From Candidatus Bathyarchaeota archaeon (GTDB taxonomy: Archaea > Thermoproteota > Bathyarchaeia > TCS64): 64,000 nucleotides of DNA. This document shows positions 48,054-58,275 of the stretch, piece after piece (the stretch's first letter is position 1; each line of letters opens with the position of its first letter). The stretch spans positions 41,930 through 105,929 of the forward strand of contig JADHWN010000001.1 of the NCBI GenBank assembly GCA_016783455.1. Direction: 5' to 3'. Made by a program: the position numbers and the translations under genes. The notes under the pieces were generated by a model, which had not been told where the DNA came from, made no database searches, and saw nothing but the letters and a program-made list of their open reading frames with translations.

Positions 48054-49508
48054 TCAGCCTTTTCGGCCCAGCCTCTCGGCTGCCTCTCTTGCTGCCTGAA
48101 GGGGAGGGGCGATGTCGTCGGGGATCGGACACATGTACGTCCTGCCCTGAAGCCTCTCCGAGAGCTCATCCCTTGCATTCTCGACGAGCCCCGGTTTAGT
48201 AAGTAGGTCCAGAGCCGAGCCAGCTATGGTCTTCGCCGCGAAGATCAGGCTCTTGTGCCCTATGCTTGTCCCGCTGCATGCCACGGCCTGCCATGCGTGG
48301 CCAGGTGCCCCGAGGACGAAGGTGGCGGTGGAGAACTCCATGGTCGGAGTGTTCCAGCTCACGTCGGAGACGTCCGTCGACCCCATGTTGACCTCCCCCT
48401 CATCCCAGGCGTCGAATATCTCGGAGACGAGGTCGACGTCGACGTACTTTTCCCAGTTCGGGAGCTTCATGTTTCTCAGTCTGTTCAATTTCTGCGATCG
48501 AGGCACGGATTCGGCGATCTCATGTGCGAACTCTAGTTCGTCCTTCGTGTATTCGGGGGCTCCCACCTCCCTCATGTTAGCAACCACCAGCTCGCTTAGG
48601 GTCCTGTTGGGGATCTTGTTGCTGCAGCCGCAGAGGTAGTCGATCTTGAAGTCGGTCTCGGTCATCATGGCGGCGCCCTCCGCGATCTTCTTTATCCTCC
48701 CGTAGATGGGCTCCAGCTGGTCGTTCTCTGGTGCTCTGATGTAGTACCAGCTGCGGGCGTAGCCGGGGACGACGTTGGGCTGGTCGCCGCCGTCCTCGGT
48801 GATGTAGTGGATGCGGGCCTTGTCGATGACGTGCTCTCTGAGGTAGTTGACGCCGACGTTCATCAGCTCCACGGCGTCCAGGGCGCTCCTCCCCTGCTCG
48901 GGGGAGCCCGCGGCGTGGGAGGTCTTCCCGTAGAAGTGGAACTTGACGCTGTAGACGGCGTTGCTGCTCTTCAGCCCGGCCGCGTTGACCGAGCTAGGGT
49001 GGTGGCTCAGCGATGCGTCAACGTCGTCGAAGAGGCCCGCGCGTGCCATGAAGGTCTTGCCGTCGTAGTTCTCCTCCGCGGGCGAGCCGTAGAACCTGAC
49101 GGTCCCCTCGAGGCCCCGCTCCTCCATCGCATATCTAACGGCGACGGCCCCAGCCATCCCCGAGACTCCATGGATGTTGTGCCCGCAGCCGTGTCCGGGT
49201 GCCCCCTCCTTCAGAGGGTCCTTGTAGGGGACCTTCTTCTGGGAGATGCCCGGCAGGGCGTCGAACTCCCCAAGAACGGCTATGACGGGCTTCCCTCTCC
49301 CCCAGGACGCCACGAACGCGGTGGGCATACCGGCCACGCCCCGTTCCATGTTGAATCCATGGGACTCAAGCTCGTCGGCCAGGAGCTTCGAGGACCTCTC
49401 CTCCATGAGCCCCAGCTCAGCGTAGTCCCAGATGGCGTCGCTTAACTCGATCAATCTATCCCTGTTCTCATCTATCCAGCTCCAGGCTTTCTCCTTCATA
49501 ATGATCAA
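48054..49508 (-). CDS. M20 amidohydrolase (AbgB-like)
   Basis: EFDALPG, GHGCGHN, PAEE, GRSALDA and GSTDVSDVSW. Confidence 0.9.
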   Translation of the reverse strand: MIIMKEKAWSWIDENRDRLIELSDAIWDYAELGLMEERSSKLLADELESHGFNMERGVAGMPTAFVASWGRGKPVIAVLGEFDALPGISQKKVPYKDPLKEGAPGHGCGHNIHGVSGMAGAVAVRYAMEERGLEGTVRFYGSPAEENYDGKTFMARAGLFDDVDASLSHHPSSVNAAGLKSSNAVYSVKFHFYGKTSHAAGSPEQGRSALDAVELMNVGVNYLREHVIDKARIHYITEDGGDQPNVVPGYARSWYYIRAPENDQLEPIYGRIKKIAEGAAMMTETDFKIDYLCGCSNKIPNRTLSELVVANMREVGAPEYTKDELEFAHEIAESVPRSQKLNRLRNMKLPNWEKYVDVDLVSEIFDAWDEGEVNMGSTDVSDVSWNTPTMEFSTATFVLGAPGHAWQAVACSGTSIGHKSLIFAAKTIAGSALDLLTKPGLVENARDELSERLQGRTYMCPIPDDIAPPLQAAREAAERLGRKG

Positions 49509-49582
49509 TATAAAGAGGGGAAGAGGAGATGAGACTTTCGTTCACTTGGTTAGGACCCCCTTCAGGTTATCCACTTGACGCC

Positions 49583-50557
49583 TCAGATTCCGGGGTATCT
49601 CTGACCGCTGTCAGGCAGCACCGTGACGACATGAGCATCTCGATCCAGATTCTTCGCGAGTTCCAATGCTGCATGCACGTTGGCCCCTGAGGAAACACCG
49701 GTGAACAACCCCTCGACGACTGCCAGCCCCCTCATCATCTCGAAGGCCTCCTCGTCCTTGACGAGAACGACTTGGTCCACGATGTCCGTGTTGTCCATGA
49801 CTATCTCGGGAACGAACGTCTCCCCTATTCCCTCTATCCTGTGGGGGATCCCTGAGCCTATCGGTAGGCTGCTCCCGTAGTACATGTTGTAGTAGGCTGG
49901 CGCCGCGGTCGGCTCGACGGCGACTATCTTGGTCTCCGGGTTCGCCTCCTTCAGCATTTGAGTGACACCCACGAGGGTTCCCCCGGTGCCTATGCCCGCC
50001 ACGAAGACCTCCACGTGGCCCGCCTGCCTCAGTATCTCCTTGCCCGTGGCGTGGTGGGCCTTCACGTTGTCGGGGTTCCTGAACTGGTCGAGGAGGAAGG
50101 CGCCTCTCTCCTCCGCCTCCTCCCTCGCCCTCCTGACTGTGGCGTCTATGCCCTCTTCTGAGGGAGTGAAGATCAGCTCAGCTCCGTAGCTGTCCATCAT
50201 TTTAGCCTTCACGCCACTCGTCGTCTCCGGGACCACGATCACCGCTTTGTATCCCTTGTAGGCAGCGATCATGGCGACCGAGACGCCGGTGTTTCCGCTG
50301 GAGGCCTCGACGATGGTGTCGCCATTGCCCAGTAAGCCGCTCCTTTCAGCTGACTCTATGGCGTAGTGCACCATGCGGTCCTTTATGCTCCCGCTGGGGT
50401 TGAGGAACTCCGCCTTAGCGAAGACCCTAGCTTCAGAGGAATGGCTGAGTCGAGAGAGCTCAAGGAGGGGCGTGTTGCCGATCAGATCGAGAACAGAGCC
50501 GAAGAAATTATTTCGAATTATTAACTCGTGTGCAGGGGATCCTGCAAAAACCCTCAC
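49583..50557 (-). CDS. cysK: Cysteine synthase family
   Basis: IGNTPL, NPSGSIKDR, SSGNTG and GIGTGGT; start uncertain. Confidence 0.85.
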   Translation of the reverse strand: MRVFAGSPAHELIIRNNFFGSVLDLIGNTPLLELSRLSHSSEARVFAKAEFLNPSGSIKDRMVHYAIESAERSGLLGNGDTIVEASSGNTGVSVAMIAAYKGYKAVIVVPETTSGVKAKMMDSYGAELIFTPSEEGIDATVRRAREEAEERGAFLLDQFRNPDNVKAHHATGKEILRQAGHVEVFVAGIGTGGTLVGVTQMLKEANPETKIVAVEPTAAPAYYNMYYGSSLPIGSGIPHRIEGIGETFVPEIVMDNTDIVDQVVLVKDEEAFEMMRGLAVVEGLFTGVSSGANVHAALELAKNLDRDAHVVTVLPDSGQRYPGI

Positions 50558-50665
50558 CCATATTCATCACCTTATACGTGAGCTATAGGGCGGGCGTGAG
50601 TTTATATATGCGTTTCCCATGGAGGACGTTCTTCCGTTGACTGCAATATAAAAAATGGGATGAGA

Positions 50666-51502
50666 TCACTTGGTGATGATGACCTCGTCGACCTTCATCT
50701 TCTGTGACTTGATGGGGGCCTCGTCAGGCCAACCGACGATGATGTGATTGCGGCTAACGAACTCATCATGGAGGCCCAGGTACTCCCGGACCCTCTTCTG
50801 GGTCTCCTCGCCGTGGGTGAGCCAGCAGGCGCCGAGGCCCAGGGCGTGGGCCATGAGGCAGATGTGGTCGGCGGCCGCGGCGGCGTCGTAGTAGATGTTC
50901 TGGGGGACTGCCTTGTCGAACCTCATGGCTTTGTAAAGACGCATGTCCTGGCAGACGACGATCATGACGCAGTTCTCAACGGGTATGTCACTCCTGACCA
51001 GCTTGAACTCCTCGGGCTTCTTGAAGACCACGAAGCGGGTGGTTCCCACGTTGCAACCGTGGGGGGCGTAGAGGCCCGCCTGGATTACCTTCCGTATCAA
51101 CTCGTCGGGTACGGGCTTGTCCTTGAACTGGCGGATGGAGCGCCTCCTGTAGATTAGTTTGTTGACGGTCTCCATCTCCTGGTCGGGGAAGGCTTCCGGG
51201 AGCTCCGTGCCCAGGTCCAGCTCCCCGCCGGTCCTCAGCATCCGGGCGAGGCCGACGTAGTTGAGGCTCCACTGGATATCGGGGGCGTCCGTGGGAAGCC
51301 CTCTCCTCTTCCAGATGTCCATGAGGTACTCCCCTGTCTCCCCGAAGCTCTTCTGGATCCCCCGCTTCCCTGCCATTATGCGGTAGATGTTGACCTCGAT
51401 GGTGTGGTGGATCCTCTCGTGGATGATGCCCCTGAGAATCGCGGGGTCCATCTCCATGAGCTCCTGCTCGATGTATCCGTGGACTGTGACTGGTTCGCTC
51501 AT
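50666..51502 (-). CDS. Nitroreductase family with N-terminal extension
   Basis: RRSIRQF, APHGCN and ALGLGACW. Confidence 0.85.
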   Translation of the reverse strand: MSEPVTVHGYIEQELMEMDPAILRGIIHERIHHTIEVNIYRIMAGKRGIQKSFGETGEYLMDIWKRRGLPTDAPDIQWSLNYVGLARMLRTGGELDLGTELPEAFPDQEMETVNKLIYRRRSIRQFKDKPVPDELIRKVIQAGLYAPHGCNVGTTRFVVFKKPEEFKLVRSDIPVENCVMIVVCQDMRLYKAMRFDKAVPQNIYYDAAAAADHICLMAHALGLGACWLTHGEETQKRVREYLGLHDEFVSRNHIIVGWPDEAPIKSQKMKVDEVIITK

Positions 51503-51570
51503 GACTTCTCACTGGAGAATAGATGGATCGCATGATGTTTAAAAAATGAAATATGGGGAAAAGTTAGGGG

Positions 51571-52734
51571 TCAGCCGAACACTTTCTCGAACCGCTCCAC
51601 TACAAGCTTCTCATCGCCCGGCAGCATTATGAGGCAGTTGAGGCCGAAGCCCGTGCCGCCCCCGCCTCTTACCCAGATCTCGGGGTCCTCCTCACGGAGG
51701 CTCAGGACGATCTCGCGGACCTCCTGCGGCGTCTTATCCTTGAATTCCAGCTGAACACCGAGGGTGTGGTAGACGCAGCCCTCCTGGGAGGCAGGTCTGA
51801 AGCTGAGGTCGACGCCCTGGAGGCCGGGCAGCTTCTTGATGCTCTTCATGATGTAACGGGCCCTCTTCCAGGCGGGCTCAAACCTCTCGGCGTCGTGGTC
51901 CATCTCCAGCCACTTCTTGAAGGCGACGATCAGGGCGACCACCTCCTGCCTGTCGAGTTTGTAGCCTCTGCCGATGCTCCTGTAGTAGCCTCCCTGCTCC
52001 ATGGGGCCGGCCTCGGCGCCGATGAAGCTGTGGAGGGCCATGGCCTCGATGAGGTCCTTCTTGCCGATGGCGAAGCCCGTCGAGTTGGGTCCCAGCACGT
52101 ACTTGCCCCCGTAGCAGGCGACATCGACACCCATCTTCACGTACTTCTTCAGGATGTCAGGGGGGTAGGTCATCCCAGAAACGTCTAGTATGACGGGGAC
52201 GCCGTGCTTGTGGGCAACCTTCACGGTCTCCTCGACGGATAATACACCTGGCCTGAGGCTCCCTGCCAAAGCATGGTGGATGGCCGCCGTCTTGTCCGTG
52301 ATGGCGTTCTCCATGAGCTCAGCCGTGCAGCCGTACCTCTCGTCGCCGACGAAAACGAACTTGCCCCCCGGGACCTCCATGCTCCTGTCGTAGACGAGGA
52401 GCCTGTTCGCCCTCTGGATGATTATCTCGTCCTTCATCCCGGTGGTGTCTGGGAGCCGTCTCATCTTCTCAGGGTCCTTACCAGCCATCGCCGAGGCGGC
52501 CGCCAGGACAAGGGCGTTGAACGCCCCTGAGGTGATCCAGCCGGCCTCCGCCTCACAGGCCTCGGCGATGATCTCACCGCCTCTCTTCATGAGGTCCCAC
52601 ATGTAGACGTAGCTCTTGTTGGCCTCCTCCATGGCCTTTAGAATATCCTTGGATAAGGTGGAGCCACCTAGCCTTGTAAGGGCGAAGGATGCGTTGACCA
52701 CCCGGTTTACTCCGAGCTCCTTGTAGATGCTCAT
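51571..52734 (-). CDS. SelA-like / DgaE-family PLP enzyme
   Basis: VVNAS..TRLGGS, YGGK..GP and IGRGYK; start placed at MSIYK. Confidence 0.8.
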   Translation of the reverse strand: MSIYKELGVNRVVNASFALTRLGGSTLSKDILKAMEEANKSYVYMWDLMKRGGEIIAEACEAEAGWITSGAFNALVLAAASAMAGKDPEKMRRLPDTTGMKDEIIIQRANRLLVYDRSMEVPGGKFVFVGDERYGCTAELMENAITDKTAAIHHALAGSLRPGVLSVEETVKVAHKHGVPVILDVSGMTYPPDILKKYVKMGVDVACYGGKYVLGPNSTGFAIGKKDLIEAMALHSFIGAEAGPMEQGGYYRSIGRGYKLDRQEVVALIVAFKKWLEMDHDAERFEPAWKRARYIMKSIKKLPGLQGVDLSFRPASQEGCVYHTLGVQLEFKDKTPQEVREIVLSLREEDPEIWVRGGGGTGFGLNCLIMLPGDEKLVVERFEKVFG

Positions 52735-52825
52735 AATTATCGGGTAGACTGGGTCATATTGGAGATAAAACAGTTTCCAGCCCAACCCTTTTCATATTCA
52801 ATATGTACCATTCTAGAGGGTCCCA

Positions 52826-53899
52826 ATGGTTTGTAGAGTTCGAGCTAGGGATTTCGGCGTCGTCCTTGGACATATGGAGATGGGCAAGCTCAACGCCATT
52901 ACGGATGTGGGGGGCGTGGGGGTAGGCCACTCCACCATCATTTCAGGCGAAGACGTGAGAACGGGGGTGACGGCCATCGTCCCCCATCAGGGCAACCCCC
53001 ACGAGGAGAAGGTCACGGCGGCCGTGGACCTCTTCAACGCCTATGGGAAGGCGACGGGGCTCCCTCAGATCATGTTCGAGGGTGTTCTGGAGGTGCCTAT
53101 CATGCTCACGGAGACCCTGAACACGTGGAGGGTGGCGGACGCCACACTGGATTACATGAGTGAGGGGTACGGCGTTAAGCCCGGGTCCCTCAACGTCGTG
53201 GTCGGGGAGACCAACGGGGGACACCTCACCAACAACTTCGGGAGGCACGTCGGGAGGGAGGCGGTCTTCAAGGCCTTGGACGCCGCCCGGAGCCCCGGGG
53301 GCGTTGGGCATGTGCCCGAGGGGAACGTAGGGGGTGGAACTCCCATGTCGGGCTATGGGTTCAAGGGAGGCATCGGGACCTCCTCAAGGGTCTTCGGTAA
53401 CTTCACCGTCGGCGTCCTGGTCCAGCTCAACTGCGGCCGGAAGGACGACCTCATGATAGGCGGCGTGCCTGTGGGGCGCGAGGTGGAGCTGCCAAGGCCG
53501 CCAGGCAGGAGCCCGGGCAACTCCATCATGATGATCGTCGCGACGGACCTCGCCATGGACTCCCGGCAGCTCTGGAAGGTGGCTAAAAGGGCCGCCTTGG
53601 GGCTGGCCAGGACCGGCTCCTACGGGAGTAACGGGAGCGGTGATTTCACCATAGCTTTCACGACCGGGGGGAAGGACTTCAAGGGGCTCATGGAGGTGTG
53701 GCCTGGGGAGAGGCGCTCACGGGGGGACGGCTTCCTGAACCCTGTCTACAGGGCTACAGTTGAGGCTACCGAGGAGGCGATAGTGAATGCCCTGTTCATG
53801 GCAGAGACGATGGTGGGAAGGGACGGTCACACTAGATACGCCCTCCCAACGGAGCAGCTGCCCGAAATCTTCGAGAGGTACGGGAGACCCGTCGGATAG
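52826..53899 (+). CDS. P1/S58 (DmpA/BapA-like) aminopeptidase
   Basis: NAITDV, RTGVTAI, KGGIGTSSR, GNSIMMIVATD and GSGD. Confidence 0.9.
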   Translation: MVCRVRARDFGVVLGHMEMGKLNAITDVGGVGVGHSTIISGEDVRTGVTAIVPHQGNPHEEKVTAAVDLFNAYGKATGLPQIMFEGVLEVPIMLTETLNTWRVADATLDYMSEGYGVKPGSLNVVVGETNGGHLTNNFGRHVGREAVFKALDAARSPGGVGHVPEGNVGGGTPMSGYGFKGGIGTSSRVFGNFTVGVLVQLNCGRKDDLMIGGVPVGREVELPRPPGRSPGNSIMMIVATDLAMDSRQLWKVAKRAALGLARTGSYGSNGSGDFTIAFTTGGKDFKGLMEVWPGERRSRGDGFLNPVYRATVEATEEAIVNALFMAETMVGRDGHTRYALPTEQLPEIFERYGRPVG

Positions 53900-53916
53900 G
53901 GTCGAGAAGGAGAACC

Positions 53917-55218
53917 TCAGCCTTTGTAGTTGCTGAAGAACTCCTCGGATGCTGTAAGGTACTCGTCCACGTCCTCTTCGGTGTGGGGCTCAGCGAGGAA
54001 GGAGTGGGGTAAGCCCGGGGTGACGTAGGCGAAGCCCCTGGGGATCATATGCTCGTAGAGGGCTAAGGCTGGCCTCTTGTCATTCTTGAGCACGTCCCTG
54101 GCGTTGCGGGGCCTCTCCTTCTGGAAGTGGATGGCGAACCCTGATCCCACGCCCGTGATGACCGCATCAACATTGCTCCCGCTGATTATGTCCTCGAGGC
54201 CCTCCCTCATCCTGCTCCCCAGGGCGTCTATCTTCTCGTAGACCTCTCCGTTCCTGAGGATGTCGAGGGTTGTGATCCCAGCTATCATGCTGATCGGGTT
54301 CCCCGTGAAGGTGCCTCCGTGGAAGGACCGTTCGCTGTCATCGGGATACTTCCTGTGGTCGAGGCGCTCGAAGACCTCCTCGGAGCCACAGAAGGCCCCG
54401 ATGGGGAAGCCCCCTCCCATGACCTTCCCTAGGATGGTGATGTCGGGGTTAACGCCGTAGTAGCCCTGAGCGCAGCTCGGGCCCAGCCTGAAACCGGTGA
54501 TGACCTCGTCGAAGATGAGGAGGGTCCCCGTCTCGTCGCAGATCTCCCGGAGCCCCTCGAGGTAGCCCGGATCTGGAGCGAGGAGGCCAGCTGCCCCCAT
54601 TATAGGCTCCACGATGAGGCAGGCCTGCCCCTCCCCCTTCAGAGCCTCATTCGCGGCGTCAAGGTCGTTGAATGGGATGACCGCCGTATCCTCCGTCGTC
54701 TTCGGATTCAAGCCCGCGGACGCGGAGGCGTCGAATGGGGCGTGGACCGCCTTGTGGAGGCTGTCGTATCCGCCATGCCAACCCCCCTCTATCTTAACCA
54801 TCCCCATCCTGCCCGTGTACGCTCTGGCCAGGCGGCTCGCGTACATGTTGGCCTCGGTCCCGGAGCTGGTGTACCTGAGCATCTCTGCCGAGGGCACCAT
54901 CTCAACGAGGCGCTCCGCCAGTTTGACCTCCAGCTCGTGGGAGAAGCCGTAATGGGTCCCCCTCCCCAGCTGCTCCCCGACGGCCTCCACCACCGCGTCC
55001 GGGGAGTGACCCAGAATTAGGGCGCCGTGCCCCACCCAGTAGTCGGTGTAGATGTTCCCGTCGACGTCGGTGAGCTTGACACCCTTGGCGCTCTTCACGT
55101 AGTAGGGATGAGGGGTGATATCCCTGATGCCGTATGACACACCAGCCGGGAGGACCTTTCCCGCTCTGGCGTAGAGCCTCTTGGAGGTGGAGGTCTTCTC
55201 CTCGTAGGTCTTCAACAT
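53917..55218 (-). CDS. Glutamate-1-semialdehyde aminomutase-like class III aminotransferase
   Basis: SGTEA, FDEVITGFR, LGKVMGGGFP and GTFTGNP. Confidence 0.85.
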   Translation of the reverse strand: MLKTYEEKTSTSKRLYARAGKVLPAGVSYGIRDITPHPYYVKSAKGVKLTDVDGNIYTDYWVGHGALILGHSPDAVVEAVGEQLGRGTHYGFSHELEVKLAERLVEMVPSAEMLRYTSSGTEANMYASRLARAYTGRMGMVKIEGGWHGGYDSLHKAVHAPFDASASAGLNPKTTEDTAVIPFNDLDAANEALKGEGQACLIVEPIMGAAGLLAPDPGYLEGLREICDETGTLLIFDEVITGFRLGPSCAQGYYGVNPDITILGKVMGGGFPIGAFCGSEEVFERLDHRKYPDDSERSFHGGTFTGNPISMIAGITTLDILRNGEVYEKIDALGSRMREGLEDIISGSNVDAVITGVGSGFAIHFQKERPRNARDVLKNDKRPALALYEHMIPRGFAYVTPGLPHSFLAEPHTEEDVDEYLTASEEFFSNYKG

Positions 55219-55268
55219 GAACCACTGAGTACATCTAGCCTTCTACAGACTTAGGCTTTAAGGTGAAA

Positions 55269-57140
55269 TCACATGAAAAATGAGGGTTTCAGGACCGTTT
55301 TCCCGGTCTGTGCCTTCAGGTTCAGAAGCTCTCCCTTCTGCGCCTCGAGCACCGCCCAGAACTCCTCGGGCATCTTGGGCTCGTCCCGGAAGACCTCCTC
55401 CATCCTGGAGATCTTCTCAAGGTAGTTATCGACACGCACGCTGAACTGCTGGTCGTACTCCTCCTGAGAGTACTCCCTGTCGAAGACACGCCTGAACAGG
55501 CCCCTCAGATCATCGTATAGCGGCAGGTAGCCTATCGGCGTCCTGATGGCGGGGTACTCCCCGTGTACGCGGCCCTCGGCCCAGAGGATCCAGACCTTCT
55601 TGTCCACCTTCTCGTTGGTGTACTCTCCCTCGTGCTTCAGGAAATAGTTGGTGGCGTAGACCTTGGGGCAGTTCCTGAGGTTCCTCCCGAACTTGATGTG
55701 GTTGGAGAGGTAGAGGCCTAGGGGTACAACCATGAAGTCCATGACCGCCATGGGGCTGCTCGTCCTCACGCCCCTCTTCCCGAGGGTCGCTGAGGTGGTC
55801 TCTGACTCTATGGTGGCGCCGAGGTAGACACCGTGCTCCCAGCTCAGGCTCTCCGAGATGGGGACGTTGGTGTCGGAGTCCCTACCACCGTAGTAGATCC
55901 CCCGTATCACGACGCCGTCGGGGTTGTCGATGTTGGGGTCGGCGTTCTCGAGCACGCTCAGCCTTATGGTGTAGCGGGCGTTGGGGTGGGCGAGGGGTAT
56001 CTCGTTCCCCTCGGGGTCCTTCTTCCCCTTCCACCAGTCACCGGAGTGGTTCACACCCTTGGTCGGGTACTCCCCGTCCTCCAAACCCATTCCCAGCCAG
56101 TAGGGGCGCCCTTCGGCGATGAGGACATTTGAGAAGATCATCTCCCGGGGGGTCTGGAGCACCTTATAGATCAGGGGGTCGTCGACGGTGTTCACGTCCC
56201 TGATGATCCCGAAGACCCCGGACTCGATGTTCACTGCCCTGCAGTTGCCCGCGTCATCCATCTTTAGGTAGGCGATGTCGTCTCCCACGATGCTCTGACC
56301 GGGTATCATGGCGGTGCTGGTCTTGCCGCAGGCGCTGGGGTAGGCGCCGGCGAAGTACGTCACCCTCTCCTTCTCCGGGGGGTGGACCCCCATGATGAGC
56401 ATGTGTTCTGTGAGCCAGTCCTCTTGGTTCGCCTTGTAGATGGCGAGGCGGAGGGCCAGCTTCTTGAGGCCGAGGCTGTTGCCGGCGTACTGGTTGTTGA
56501 CGCTGTAGACCTTGCCGTCCATGAAGTCGACGTAGATCCGCCTCCCCTCGACGTTCACGGTGCAGTTGCGCTCGTCGATCTCCCCCGCCGAGTGGATGAA
56601 GGTGAAGAAGTCCGGGGAGCCCTCGAGCCTCTTGAACTCCTCGTAGCCGCTCCTGTAGAGGAGGTCCTCACTGTGGGCTACGTAGGCGGAGTCGGTCAGC
56701 TGCAACGCGCATATTGAGAACCGGGAGTTGGTGGGTCCCAGGCTGAAGAAGCGGACGAAGACTTCCTTCCCCTTCATCGCTCCGTTGAGGAGTCCCAGGA
56801 CCTCCTTGAGCCCCGCTTCCCTCTCCACCGAGTTGATGCCCCGGCTCAGGGTCTGCCCCTCAGGGAGGAGGACGGCGGTGTGGGCCTTGTCCCTAGCCTG
56901 ATCTTGGAAGCCGTCGTAGTGGATCGTGTGGCCCTCCATCTCTAGCTTGCGTTCCTCCCCTAGCTCCAGGGCCCGCTGTCTGACGTAGGCGACCTCTTCA
57001 GGGTCGTCCGTGATAACACTCACCCTAGTGGGCTTGCACAGCCTCACGAACCTCTCAACCTGCTCAATGACGTGGGGATTGACGAGGGCATTTAATTTAT
57101 CAATGTTTTCCGGATCGAGAAGACCCTCTAACGACGCCAT
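55269..57140 (-). CDS. pckG: GTP-dependent PEP carboxykinase
   Basis: WLTEHM, PSACGKTS, VGDDIA, HPNARY and GGRDSDT. Confidence 0.95.
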   Translation of the reverse strand: MASLEGLLDPENIDKLNALVNPHVIEQVERFVRLCKPTRVSVITDDPEEVAYVRQRALELGEERKLEMEGHTIHYDGFQDQARDKAHTAVLLPEGQTLSRGINSVEREAGLKEVLGLLNGAMKGKEVFVRFFSLGPTNSRFSICALQLTDSAYVAHSEDLLYRSGYEEFKRLEGSPDFFTFIHSAGEIDERNCTVNVEGRRIYVDFMDGKVYSVNNQYAGNSLGLKKLALRLAIYKANQEDWLTEHMLIMGVHPPEKERVTYFAGAYPSACGKTSTAMIPGQSIVGDDIAYLKMDDAGNCRAVNIESGVFGIIRDVNTVDDPLIYKVLQTPREMIFSNVLIAEGRPYWLGMGLEDGEYPTKGVNHSGDWWKGKKDPEGNEIPLAHPNARYTIRLSVLENADPNIDNPDGVVIRGIYYGGRDSDTNVPISESLSWEHGVYLGATIESETTSATLGKRGVRTSSPMAVMDFMVVPLGLYLSNHIKFGRNLRNCPKVYATNYFLKHEGEYTNEKVDKKVWILWAEGRVHGEYPAIRTPIGYLPLYDDLRGLFRRVFDREYSQEEYDQQFSVRVDNYLEKISRMEEVFRDEPKMPEEFWAVLEAQKGELLNLKAQTGKTVLKPSFFM

Positions 57141-57355
57141 CTAATATCTTTGAGAGAATATTCGCTATGTATATAGCCTTTCTGATTTCGTAAAGACTAG
57201 TACTTATCCTATTCCCTTAAATAGGCACTATCTTGACCCTGGAGGGTTAAAAGCCGTCTTTTAAAGCATATTTACAGGTAAAAGATAGGAATAAACTAGT
57301 TACAGGGGTTAAAGGTTTTAAATAAGTCAACAACGCGTATACGAGGTTTTTCGGA

Positions 57356-58273
57356 ATGGTTGTGAAATCCAACAAGGACAAGCTGATGAAGCAGGCGCTG
57401 ATGGGCAAGGTCGCCCCGCCGGTGATGGCGGCCTCCGGGAGGAGCACGTACGTCACCACCTGGGACGGCAAGCCCAAGATCGGCATCGGCGTAGGCGGAA
57501 TCAAGTACAACGTCAAGATGGGGGACCCGTGCCTCGGCTGGCCCGAGACGGAGTACATGACCCCCGGGGTAGCCCTATATGGAGCCGACGAGAAGGCCGA
57601 GTACGACAGGCGCAGCGCGAGCGGAAGTGGCACGGCGTTCACAAAGCTGAGCTGCATCGGGAACAAAGTCACCGTGGTCGGCGGAGACGCCAAGGGCTCC
57701 AAGGGAGTGGTCACAGGTAAAGGTGGGGTCGGGGGCACGAGCAGGCACATCCTCTCCCACTTCCCCAGGGATGTCCTGAAGAAGCTGAACATCGGGGACA
57801 AGATGAGGGTCGCCTCCAAGGGGGTGGGCCTGAAGGTGGAGGGCTTCGACGGCAGGCTCTTCAACATGGCCCCCTCGTTCCTCGAGGCGCTGGAACCGGA
57901 GCTAGATGGGGACGTCCTGGAACTCCCCGTCGCAAAGGAGATACCAGTCATCGCTATGGGAATGGGTGTGGGCGGCTCCTCAGCGGAGTCCGGCGGTTGG
58001 TGCGTCCAAGTGTCCCCACCTCATCTTGTGGAGATGCTGGGCCTTGGCGACCTGAGATTCGGCGACCTGGTGGCCTGCAAGGACGCCCTCATGTCCTACG
58101 GGAAGGGCTACTACAAAGGCGCTGTCACGGTGGGAGTCGTGACCACGGGGGAGAGCCAGGTTGCGGGACAGGGGCCAAGCGTGATGGCCATCGCGGCCTC
58201 GAAGCACGGCAAGATAAAGTCCAGGGTCGACGCTACGGCGAACGTGGCCAAGTACCTAGAGCTGGAGGGATGA
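57356..58273 (+). CDS. DUF4438-family protein (copy 1)
   Basis: NKDKL, GGIKYNVKMGD, SCIGN, VTGK, LRFGDLV and GAVTVGV. Confidence 0.8.
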   Translation: MVVKSNKDKLMKQALMGKVAPPVMAASGRSTYVTTWDGKPKIGIGVGGIKYNVKMGDPCLGWPETEYMTPGVALYGADEKAEYDRRSASGSGTAFTKLSCIGNKVTVVGGDAKGSKGVVTGKGGVGGTSRHILSHFPRDVLKKLNIGDKMRVASKGVGLKVEGFDGRLFNMAPSFLEALEPELDGDVLELPVAKEIPVIAMGMGVGGSSAESGGWCVQVSPPHLVEMLGLGDLRFGDLVACKDALMSYGKGYYKGAVTVGVVTTGESQVAGQGPSVMAIAASKHGKIKSRVDATANVAKYLELEG

Positions 58274-58275
58274 CT

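Noticed and set aside
51571-52734. Selenocysteine synthesis system
   Set aside because: No selB, selD, tRNA-Sec or in-frame UGA gene was seen; SelA-like proteins often have other roles.
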